DNA from: Acidimicrobiales bacterium
GTDB lineage: Bacteria; Actinomycetota; Acidimicrobiia; Acidimicrobiales; RAAP-2
Direction of reading: 5' to 3'
Length of the DNA: 41,926 nt
Assembly (NCBI GenBank): GCA_017883105.1
Contig: JADGOF010000001.1
Span: 1-41,926 of the forward strand
Made by a program: the position numbers and the translations under genes. Positions 35,199 through 41,926 of the stretch are shown here, in pieces; the first letter of the stretch is position 1, and each line of letters opens with the position of its first letter. The notes beneath the pieces are model-generated. The model was given only the letters and a program-made list of their open reading frames with translations. It was not told the origin of the DNA and did no database searches.

Positions 35199-36700
35199 AG
35201 CATCTCCCGTACGACCTGGGGCACGCGGAGGTGGCTGGGCAGATTGATGCCGAGGGGGAGCGTGGCGGCGAAGGCCGATGCCTGACAGCCGTATGCCGGG
35301 CGGAGGGCGATCCGTGACGCATTCCCCATGTTTTCCATGGCGACACCGGCGAGATCGAGGTCGGTAGCGGCAAGGACGGTGGCGGTTGCGATCAGTCCGA
35401 ACCGTACGAGTCCGGCCCCTTGGGCCTCTTCCTCGGCGCTCTTGTCGGCCGCGGTCTTGGAGATGGCGTCTCGTGCCCGTCCGAACTTCTTTCCCGAGGC
35501 CGCAAACTGCGCGTCCAGCCGGTCCCGCTCCACGGTCTTTGCTGCCGAGGCCGGATCGTGGGGTCGATAAACGAGCGTCACCCGCTTGCGGGCGATGTCA
35601 GGGTGGGGAGCAAGCAGCTGGGCGAGGGTGTTGGAGAACACGTGGCCGGCCGGGGCCTTGGCCATGAACCAGCTGGCTGAGATGCCCGAGTCATGGCGAT
35701 AGCGGTCCCAACTCTCCTGTGCCGCTACGGGTCCGGCGTCTGCCCAGGCAACGCCGGGGGAGTGGAGGGTGGTGAGTTCGATGGCACCGTCGGAGGCGGG
35801 GTCATAGGCAACGCGACAGCACGCCGCCAGCTGATCTGTGGTCATCGGGCGGGCCGCACCTGCGCCCGTTGCCCCTAGCGTTCGAGTAAAGCCAGGGAGT
35901 CGATGGCCGATATGGACCGCCATCTCCGCGACACTGCGGCGCTTGCCCCCGCCCACCCGAGGAGCCGTTGACCAGGTGAGCGTGATGTAACAGGCCATGG
36001 CGGCAGATCCCGTCGGGTAGGTATCGGTGATCGAGGCGAGCACCTCTTGGGCGAGGGCGGGAGAACCCGGGTCGATGTTGTGCTCCACTTCGTGGCGCAG
36101 GCGGGTGCCCGTGTCGGGAGCTGCCTCGATGGTCACCGAGGCGGCCACGAGGCCCGGTTCGTGGCCGAGGTCGGCCAGCCACGCCCCCCAATGGGCCACC
36201 CGGTTATCGACTTCGGAGGCGTCGACCAGGGCTGCCCCGTCAGATGCCGCGGCAATTACCGCGGTGACCTGTCCAAGATGGGGGTGGGAGAGCACTGCGA
36301 ACGGTCGTCCCCACGCGTCCAGCGCGTCGAGCGCTTCGATTTCTGCAGCGACCCCTGGTAGGCGGCAGTGGCCCTGGGGCACGCGGCTCAGTGGTCCCGA
36401 CCGGTAGAGATCGCTTCCCGTGCGGGCGGCACGGGCCGAGGCCAGGCGTGGGAGTAGCACTTGAAATCCGTTCCGGCCGTGGCGGTCGTGGATCGCCAGC
36501 GGCACGAGCGTGATGACGGTGAGAAAGACCACCACGAGCGCCAACGGCCAGAAGACCATCGACGAGATCACCGCAGCCACCGTTCCCCCCAACAGGATCA
36601 TCGTGGCGAGCAGACCGAGGCTCCCGATCCCTGGTGAAGTCGGGCGGCGCCAGTTGCCATAGGTGCGCGGTTCGGTGCTCGGTGCGGAGGAGTTGGTCAT
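35195..36700 (-). CDS. SCO6880-like membrane protein (possible VirB3/VirB4 N-terminal equivalent)
   Basis: 501 aa. N-terminal ..TYGNWRRPTSPGIGSLGLLATMILLGG.. plus a second TM helix. Sits directly upstream of the VirB4-like ATPase, as in actinobacterial T4SS clusters. Confidence 0.65.
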   Translation of the reverse strand: MTNSSAPSTEPRTYGNWRRPTSPGIGSLGLLATMILLGGTVAAVISSMVFWPLALVVVFLTVITLVPLAIHDRHGRNGFQVLLPRLASARAARTGSDLYRSGPLSRVPQGHCRLPGVAAEIEALDALDAWGRPFAVLSHPHLGQVTAVIAAASDGAALVDASEVDNRVAHWGAWLADLGHEPGLVAASVTIEAAPDTGTRLRHEVEHNIDPGSPALAQEVLASITDTYPTGSAAMACYITLTWSTAPRVGGGKRRSVAEMAVHIGHRLPGFTRTLGATGAGAARPMTTDQLAACCRVAYDPASDGAIELTTLHSPGVAWADAGPVAAQESWDRYRHDSGISASWFMAKAPAGHVFSNTLAQLLAPHPDIARKRVTLVYRPHDPASAAKTVERDRLDAQFAASGKKFGRARDAISKTAADKSAEEEAQGAGLVRFGLIATATVLAATDLDLAGVAMENMGNASRIALRPAYGCQASAFAATLPLGINLPSHLRVPQVVREML

Positions 36701-38025
36701 GACGATGCCGCCCCGGCCGCGGGCTCACCCTCAATGACCTGGCTGGCGCCGGTGCCGCCCTGCATCGCCCCGACCAGATGGGAGAGGCCGACCCCACGGG
36801 AGACGCCGGATCCCGATGAACCCGGCGAGGAGGACGGTGACGCCGGGATGGACCCAGCTCCGGACGGCGCTCCACCAGGTGCAGCGCCGTCGCCTGCCGA
36901 TGCGCCACCCGCCGAGCCACCGCCACTTGATCCACTGTCTGGCGAGCCAGCGCCACTCGATCCACCGCCAGGTGACACGCCTTCACCGGAGGCACCACCG
37001 CCAGCCCCTCCGCCGGCAGCTCCACCAGCCGCCCCACCAGCGGCAGAGCCGGCCATCGCGCCGGCTCCGGCCGCCGCGGCACCGACGCCAGCGGTGCCGA
37101 CGACCATCGCCGCCCCGGTCGCAGCAGCGATGCCGGCCCCGAGGACCTCGCCTGCTCCCATGGAACCGACCGAGGAGACCGCCGGCACGATGAACTTCAT
37201 GAGGGCCGGGAGGGTGAGGGAGGCGAGGATGATCAGGATGATCCCCTCGATGCTCGCCAGCTCGCTGTCGGCGGTGAGCGTCATCTTGATTGCCGCGGCG
37301 TAGACGATGGCGGCGGCCGGCTTGAACAAGAGGAAGGCGATCATCCAGCCGGTGATCTTCTTGTACCACTGGCGGCCCATCTCGGTCATCGAGGACGCTG
37401 CCGCCAGCGGCCACACTCCGACCAATACCACCAGCAGCACCGAGCGGATGAGCACCATCGCCAGCTGTACGACCATGCCGATGATGGCGAGGACCGACAA
37501 GAGGATGATGAGACCGGGGCCGGCGGTGGCCACGAGACCGGCGAAGCTTCCGAGTTGGGTCAGTGCCTGGGTGGGGGTGGTGCTTCCGGCCGCTTGGTCG
37601 AGGATCCAGGTCGAGAACGCATCACCTGCCGCGGAGAGGAGCGAAATGGTGGCCACTCCCGCCCCGATGGTCAACATCGTGGTGAGCATCCCGGTAGCCG
37701 CCTCTTTGGCCGCATCGGGCTTGCGTTCGATGGCCAAGCGACCAGCCGCGACCAGCAACCCGAGGACCGCGGCGGCAGCCACATACCAACTGAGACTGCT
37801 CTGGAGGAAGCCGACCGTCCCTGAGGTCGAGGACAGACTCGGGGACGGCACGTTCACCCACGCGGAAAGCAGCAACTTCAACATCTCGCCTTCCGCTGAG
37901 GAGAAGTCGCTGGCGATCGAATTCAGAATGCCCCCGCTGACGGCACCGGTGGCTGCGCTCGCTGCGCCTTGGCCCACCGAACAGATTGGCCCGGCGACGA
38001 CACACACGGTCGAGAGCACGGACAT
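36697..38025 (-). CDS. TrbL/VirB6-like polytopic membrane protein with a Gly/Ala/Ser-rich C-terminal tail
   Basis: Multiple hydrophobic helices over ~330 aa, then a low-complexity ..GAGAMAGSAAGGAAGGAAGGGAGGGASGEG.. tail. The ATG at 38025 shares one base with the upstream stop (TGATG). The ORF is open to 38118. Confidence 0.7.
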   Translation of the reverse strand: MSVLSTVCVVAGPICSVGQGAASAATGAVSGGILNSIASDFSSAEGEMLKLLLSAWVNVPSPSLSSTSGTVGFLQSSLSWYVAAAAVLGLLVAAGRLAIERKPDAAKEAATGMLTTMLTIGAGVATISLLSAAGDAFSTWILDQAAGSTTPTQALTQLGSFAGLVATAGPGLIILLSVLAIIGMVVQLAMVLIRSVLLVVLVGVWPLAAASSMTEMGRQWYKKITGWMIAFLLFKPAAAIVYAAAIKMTLTADSELASIEGIILIILASLTLPALMKFIVPAVSSVGSMGAGEVLGAGIAAATGAAMVVGTAGVGAAAAGAGAMAGSAAGGAAGGAAGGGAGGGASGEGVSPGGGSSGAGSPDSGSSGGGSAGGASAGDGAAPGGAPSGAGSIPASPSSSPGSSGSGVSRGVGLSHLVGAMQGGTGASQVIEGEPAAGAASS

Positions 38026-38783
38026 CACACACCTCCCCACAGGACAAATCCGACCGGAGAGGACACGATCTGTTGGTTGGGAGAATCGGTACCGTCGGCT
38101 TGCAGCACGAGTTGCCAATCGGTGCCGTCCCAGGCGACGCTCAGTGTGCTGACTTGGTACGAACCGTCCGGGCGGGCCGTGAGCAGTTGGATGACTGCGG
38201 TCGAGGTCGTGTAGCTCACGAACTGGAACCCGGTCAGTTGCAGATAGGTCCCGGGTTCCGGATTCGCCGGATTGGTGAGGCCGTCGGCTTCCACCAAATT
38301 GAAGAACTTCGCCCTCCCGGGCGTGTTCGCCACATCGGCTTGGGTGACGGCCACGAAGTTCGGTTCGATCAGGTGACGAAAATCGATCTGGACCATCGCC
38401 ACCAAGGCGCCAGTTGGCGTGTGGGCGAATCCCGAGGGGATCCCGTCTGCAACATTGGCCGGGCCGGCGCTGGCCGAGGAGGGAAGGGCAACGGTGTCGA
38501 TGATCTGCCAGGCGACGCCCGGGGGAGGCGAATCGGGCACGCTCTGGTCGAGGGAAGACGGTGATGCGGTGGCAGACGGGGAGGGAATGCTCGGCGACGA
38601 TGCGGCCTGTCTGGTCACCGCGTGATGGTGAGACCCAGCGCGCACGGATTGGCCGGGAGAAGCGATGACCCAGACCGCCAGCGCGGCAAGGAAGCCCGTA
38701 GCGATGACGGGAACCAGCCAGCGCGGTCGGGCACTAGTGACCTCGTCGGAGACACCACCTGGTGCGATCGGGTGCAGTCTCAA
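38025..38783 (-). CDS. Membrane-anchored protein (single N-terminal TM, Ser/Pro linker, globular C-terminal domain); VirB8-like role possible
   Basis: ..RPRWLVPVIATGFLAALAVWVIA.. is the TM helix. Function is inferred from position in the T4SS operon. TTG start at 38783 (TTGA overlap); the true start may be downstream. Confidence 0.55.
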   Translation of the reverse strand: MRLHPIAPGGVSDEVTSARPRWLVPVIATGFLAALAVWVIASPGQSVRAGSHHHAVTRQAASSPSIPSPSATASPSSLDQSVPDSPPPGVAWQIIDTVALPSSASAGPANVADGIPSGFAHTPTGALVAMVQIDFRHLIEPNFVAVTQADVANTPGRAKFFNLVEADGLTNPANPEPGTYLQLTGFQFVSYTTSTAVIQLLTARPDGSYQVSTLSVAWDGTDWQLVLQADGTDSPNQQIVSSPVGFVLWGGV

Positions 38784-39064
38784 ATCAGTGCCCCGACGAC
38801 CCCGGAACCAGCCGCCACCAGAATGCAGGCAGCGAGCACCCAGGCGAGGCCGCTCATGTGCTCACCGCCGATGCCCTGGCGATGGTGGAGCGCCATGCGC
38901 CCGGCGACCAGCAACACGCCGGTGACGCACAGTGCACAGACCACCCAGGACACGTAGCCCATTGCCGTGACGATGCCTTGGGTCCCGGGGGGCTGGATCC
39001 CGGTGCCCGGGTCGACCACCGCGAGCAAGGCGGTCTTGGTGAAGAGAAGGGCTGCCGTAGTCAT
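38780..39064 (-). CDS. Small hydrophobic protein (94 aa, 2-3 TM), pilin/VirB2-like position
   Basis: Internal ATG at 39064 (MTTAALLFTKTALLAVV..) with an ATGA overlap to the upstream stop. Two long hydrophobic helices. Confidence 0.55.
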   Translation of the reverse strand: MTTAALLFTKTALLAVVDPGTGIQPPGTQGIVTAMGYVSWVVCALCVTGVLLVAGRMALHHRQGIGGEHMSGLAWVLAACILVAAGSGVVGALI

Positions 39065-39636
39065 AGGTGCTCCCGTGTTGGATGGATGGCCGGATGGATG
39101 GACGAGCGAAGAAGACGGGCGAGGCGGTTTGGTCGGCGGGCAGCGGTGGGCCGGGGACTCGACGGATGTGTCCGCCAGGACTCCATCCACGGGATGGGCC
39201 AGTGGTCGGGGTAGCCGCCGAGGATGAGAGCAGCCAACTCCGCCAGCGGTGTGGCCAACGAACCGGGACCGTCGGCCACCACCACGAGTCCGAGGCAGGT
39301 CCAGGTTGAGGTTCCGCACAGTTCGCCTGCGGCAAGGTGTTGGGCGGCAATGAGGCCGTCGGCCGAGGATCGACAGACGACGAGTGTGGGCAAGCCCGTC
39401 CTGCTTGACAGCCCGAGATCAGCTCCGCCGAGTTCCCTGGCAAGCGTGGTGACGCCGGCTCCAGGATGTGCGCCCCGCCACGCCCACTTTGGACTCTGGC
39501 CGAGGGCGAACCCCGAGATCAGCGGCAGTGCGGATCCGGGCGGAGGGGACGGGGGTTTCGCTAACCTCCCCGCATCTCGTGCCAGGGAACGGCGCGGCAG
39601 CTGCGGAAGGCCGGAACTTGTGGTCAGTGGGCTCAC
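39061..39636 (-). CDS. Conserved conjugative-element protein with a degenerate ParA/MinD-like P-loop segment
   Basis: The GTG at 39636 overlaps the upstream stop (GTGA). ..WAWRGAHPGAGVTTLARELGG..LVVCRSSADGLIAAQ..LGLVVVADGPGSLATPLAELAALILGGYPDHWPIPWMESWR. The upstream part of ORF 39061-40287 is judged spurious. Confidence 0.5.
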   Translation of the reverse strand: MSPLTTSSGLPQLPRRSLARDAGRLAKPPSPPPGSALPLISGFALGQSPKWAWRGAHPGAGVTTLARELGGADLGLSSRTGLPTLVVCRSSADGLIAAQHLAAGELCGTSTWTCLGLVVVADGPGSLATPLAELAALILGGYPDHWPIPWMESWRTHPSSPRPTAARRPNRLARLLRSSIHPAIHPTREHL

Positions 39637-40343
39637 TGCGTGGTCTCCGTCATGGCCACCTGCCAGGGGGCATCGACTGAGGTGCGCGAGACCACGAGAT
39701 AGGTCACCCAGACCTTCGCCTGCCCCACCCATTGGTCTGTGCCGCCTCGTGACACCGAGCCGTCCGGCGTCACCGCGCCGTTTGGTGCCGCACCGCCGTC
39801 CAGCGATGCCGCGCTGCTCGCTGACGCTGTGTTGTTCAGTGACACTGTGCTGTTCCGTGACACTCTGCCGTGGGGCATCACCGTGGCCACTACCTTGCGG
39901 TAGGCGGTGAATGCGGTATCGATCGGGCCACCGGGATCGGTCTCGACGCTTGCTGACACCGTCGTTGTCGCATCGTGTGCTGCCCAGACGTCCCACATCG
40001 CCCCAGGAGCACCAGCCGGCGGGCGACGTCGGATCGAGGCCGCATAGCTCGGTGTCATGTAGGCACTGGCGGCGAGTTCGCCGACGTACCACCCGGTATC
40101 GACTGTGGTGTTGACGGTCCAGGTCGCCTCTACCTCCGCAATCGCTGCCGCGGTGGCGGAGTAGAGATCGATACCTGGCGCGGGGGAAGGAAATGACGCC
40201 TTCGCCGTCGGGCAGGTGCCGATCGACGTGATCGGACTGGTCCGGTGGGCCTTGCGTGTGGCCAGGGGCGTCAGTGCCGTGGAACACGCGGTTCCTGTTG
40301 CGGCGAGCGCACAGAGGAGGACCATGGCCACAGACCGCTTCAT
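39633..40343 (-). CDS. Secreted protein / putative lipoprotein
   Basis: Signal peptide MKRSVAMVLLCALAATGTAC with a Cys after a lipobox-like GTA. ATGA overlap with the hydrolase gene stop (40340-40343). Confidence 0.65.
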   Translation of the reverse strand: MKRSVAMVLLCALAATGTACSTALTPLATRKAHRTSPITSIGTCPTAKASFPSPAPGIDLYSATAAAIAEVEATWTVNTTVDTGWYVGELAASAYMTPSYAASIRRRPPAGAPGAMWDVWAAHDATTTVSASVETDPGGPIDTAFTAYRKVVATVMPHGRVSRNSTVSLNNTASASSAASLDGGAAPNGAVTPDGSVSRGGTDQWVGQAKVWVTYLVVSRTSVDAPWQVAMTETTQ

Positions 40344-41347
40344 CCGAAGCTCCGGATCACCGAAGGCACGCCCTGCCAGTAGGAGCTGAGCGTGTCCACC
40401 CGAACGAAAGCGCCCGTGTCGGGGGCGTCGATCATCTCGTTGTTACCGATGTAGATACCGATGTGGTCGAAGTCGGTCTGGTTGGCGCCGAGGGCAAAGG
40501 CGATCACGTCGCCCGGCTGGATATCGGCTGGTGCGACCGGCATACCCATCGTTGCCTGCAGCTCCGAGGAGTGCGGCAGCACGATCTCGCCGCTGGACGC
40601 TTGGGCGACTGCAAAGAGGAGGAGGCCAGAACAGTCGAAGCCGATTGTGTTCGCACCCTGTGCGATCCCAACGGTCGGACCGGAGGCGTTCCCGCCGGCC
40701 CATGAGTACGGAAGACCCAGCTCGCCGGTGGCGGCAGCCACGACCAGTTGCCCAAACGAGGAGGTAGAGGAGCTCGAGCTGAGGGACGCTGTGTAGATCG
40801 GTACGAGTGACTCCACTTGTCCCACGTAGGCCTCGGTCTCCGGATACGGCGGGATGCCTTTGAACTCCAGAACCGCGCCGACGCCGGCGTTGTAGGCGGC
40901 GAGCATGAGCGACGTGGGTGTTTGACCCGTGAGCCCGGAGACGTCGTCAAGGAGCGCACAGTCGTAACGGCCCATGGCCATCACGGCGTCGACTGGGTTG
41001 AAGGGCGACACGTACCCCGTGCCGTCGTCATTGCGCGCATAGGCGGTGAACGTGGCCGGCAGGAACTGGGCTATGCCCTCTGCCCCAGCGGGGGAGACCG
41101 CAGATGGGTTCCAACCGGATTCCGCGTCGATCTGAGCAGCCAGCAGTGGTGCAGAGATTCCCGGGCACAGGGAGCCGGCCTCATCGAGGACCGGGATCAG
41201 GGCGGGGGTCGGCACAGCCGAAGTGGCGAGGACAAGAGCGGTCGATGAGTTGCTGGCACCGTTGGCCGCTACAGCGACCAGACCGACGACCCCGAAGACG
41301 AGGGCGCAGAGCGCACCGCCGATCACCGTCATCGTGGTCGTCGGCAC
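40340..41347 (-). CDS. Bifunctional peptidoglycan hydrolase: lytic transglycosylase (SLT) + NlpC/P60 endopeptidase
   Basis: N-terminal TM helix. SLT motif ..AAQIDAESGWNPSAVSPAGAEGIAQF... NlpC/P60 ..PYSWAGGN..GFDCSGLLLFAVAQ..GDVIAF..DHIGIYIGNNEMIDAP. Confidence 0.9.
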   Translation of the reverse strand: MPTTTMTVIGGALCALVFGVVGLVAVAANGASNSSTALVLATSAVPTPALIPVLDEAGSLCPGISAPLLAAQIDAESGWNPSAVSPAGAEGIAQFLPATFTAYARNDDGTGYVSPFNPVDAVMAMGRYDCALLDDVSGLTGQTPTSLMLAAYNAGVGAVLEFKGIPPYPETEAYVGQVESLVPIYTASLSSSSSTSSFGQLVVAAATGELGLPYSWAGGNASGPTVGIAQGANTIGFDCSGLLLFAVAQASSGEIVLPHSSELQATMGMPVAPADIQPGDVIAFALGANQTDFDHIGIYIGNNEMIDAPDTGAFVRVDTLSSYWQGVPSVIRSFG

Positions 41348-41367
41348 GACCCGCCCCTTCGAGATTT

Positions 41368-41466
41368 CCTCACACGAAGAACTGGGCCGAGAAACGACAC
41401 TTGTGACGAGAAATCCGGAAAGTCTTGCGAGGTGTCTCCAGAACTCTGGCCTATGGCCCAGTTCTT
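41368..41466. promoter_or_regulatory. Control region upstream of the T4SS operon: 12-bp perfect inverted repeat plus an iteron-core pair
   Basis: AAGAACTGGGCC (41377-41388) and GGCCCAGTTCTT (41455-41466). CCTCACA (41368-41374) and TTGTGA (41401-41406). Relatively AT-rich. Confidence 0.4.
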
Positions 41467-41550
41467 GATATGAGCCTTCCTCGGAAACACACGCACGCCG
41501 GTCGGACGACCGTCACCCGGATCGATCTCATTGCCCAAGCGTGTCGGCCG

Positions 41551-41874
41551 ATGGCCAACTACCTCTTCGAAGAGGTGCTCGGGGTGCCACCCTCGAAAGA
41601 CCTTCTTCGCTCGGCGAAGGACGCACTGTTGCCGCTCCGGAACCACCCAGGAGGGATCGGTCGGGCAGTGATCGTCCTGCTTGAGGGAGGCGAATCACAA
41701 ACGGACTATGACGACGCGGTCAGTGTCTTGTTGCACGCCGCCCGGGGCGCCAAGGTTGGTGCATCGGACCGTTCAGGCGAGTGGGCACATGACCGGGAGT
41801 CCGCCCCGGCGGTGATCGCCCTCCTCACGAGGCCCTCGGGAGTCCAGCTCACCTTTCCCGGCCTCGACGACTGA
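41551..41874 (+). CDS. Hypothetical protein (107 aa from the internal ATG)
   Basis: MANYLFEEVLGVPPSKDLL... Divergent from the T4SS operon. No domain recognised. Confidence 0.4.
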   Translation: MANYLFEEVLGVPPSKDLLRSAKDALLPLRNHPGGIGRAVIVLLEGGESQTDYDDAVSVLLHAARGAKVGASDRSGEWAHDRESAPAVIALLTRPSGVQLTFPGLDD

Positions 41875-41884
41875 GCACAGGGCT

Positions 41885-41926
41885 ATGGCGAACTACGTCG
41901 ACCTTGACTCGCTCTCCGCCAGCACC
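41885..41926 (+). CDS. 5' end of a further ORF (partial, runs off the window)
   Basis: The ATG at 41885 gives MANYVDLDSLSAST, the same MANY start as the preceding ORF. Only 14 codons are visible. Confidence 0.2.
   Translation, partial: MANYVDLDSLSAST

Larger units (their letters stand above)
8567..41347. mobile_element. Conjugative element backbone (relaxosome module + T4SS operon) with an inserted accessory island; ends not defined in this window
   Basis: Co-occurrence of mobC-like and relaxase genes, a VirD4-like coupling protein, a VirB4-like ATPase, a TrbL/VirB6-like protein, a cell-wall hydrolase, ssb genes and a large methylase-helicase. No integrase or att site recognised. Confidence 0.8.

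Noticed and set aside
39822-39875. ~2.5 copies of an 18-bp tandem repeat (TGACRCTGTGYTGTTCMG)
   Set aside because: Short, in-frame and inside the lipoprotein CDS (Ser/Asn/Thr-rich linker). Probably simple slippage-derived low complexity and not a regulatory or CRISPR-like element.
39637-40287. Upstream two-thirds of ORF 39061-40287, including an SVTEQH hexapeptide repeat
   Set aside because: It overlaps the better-supported lipoprotein gene in another frame. A GTG with a GTGA stop/start overlap at 39636 gives a sensible shorter gene.
1-41926. Search for tRNA, rRNA, tmRNA, integrase/recombinase genes or att direct repeats that would define the element ends
   Set aside because: Nothing convincing was seen by eye. 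The element boundaries are probably outside the window, so no attL/attR call is made.

Overview
High-GC, actinobacterial-type window that reads as part of a conjugative element (ICE or plasmid). No integrase, att site, tRNA, rRNA or CRISPR array was recognised, so the element ends are not defined. Backbone: (i) an HTH/excisionase-like operon, two ssb genes (one frameshifted), a sigma-region-4-like regulator and two iteron arrays (8.5-11.9 kb); (ii) a mobC-relaxase pair (12.3-14.3 kb); (iii) a ~16-kb minus-strand operon (41.3 -> 25.5 kb) with start/stop overlaps at nine junctions. This operon encodes a Gram-positive-type T4SS (SLT+NlpC/P60 hydrolase, lipoprotein, VirB6/TrbL-like, SCO6880-like, VirB4-like ATPase, VirD4-like coupling protein, DUF4913-like) and ends in a 1.7-1.8k-aa N6-methylase/SNF2-helicase fusion. 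Cargo, left arm (0-8.3 kb): ECF sigma plus membrane partner, SAM methyltransferase, a 602-aa protein with a NERD-like C-terminus, a truncated HAD gene and an AbiEi/AbiEii pair. Cargo, island between relaxase and T4SS modules (14.3-25.5 kb): two hypothetical genes, a helicase IV (HelD)-like protein with a nuclease-like insert and Zn ribbon, a 2-TM protein, a putative type II R-M pair and a two-gene operon. Most interesting observations: (1) the overlapping operon 23279-24764 (304-aa soluble protein + 192-aa 4-TM protein) next to the R-M pair, a candidate undescribed sensor/membrane-effector defence pair; (2) six same-orientation copies of a ~100-170 bp intergenic repeat that split the cargo into single-module cassettes; (3) two iteron arrays (GGG[C/T]TCACAA) in paralogous control regions, with spacings close to multiples of 11 bp; (4) the 602-aa NERD-like protein. 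All functional calls rest on motif recognition by eye; no database search was run.
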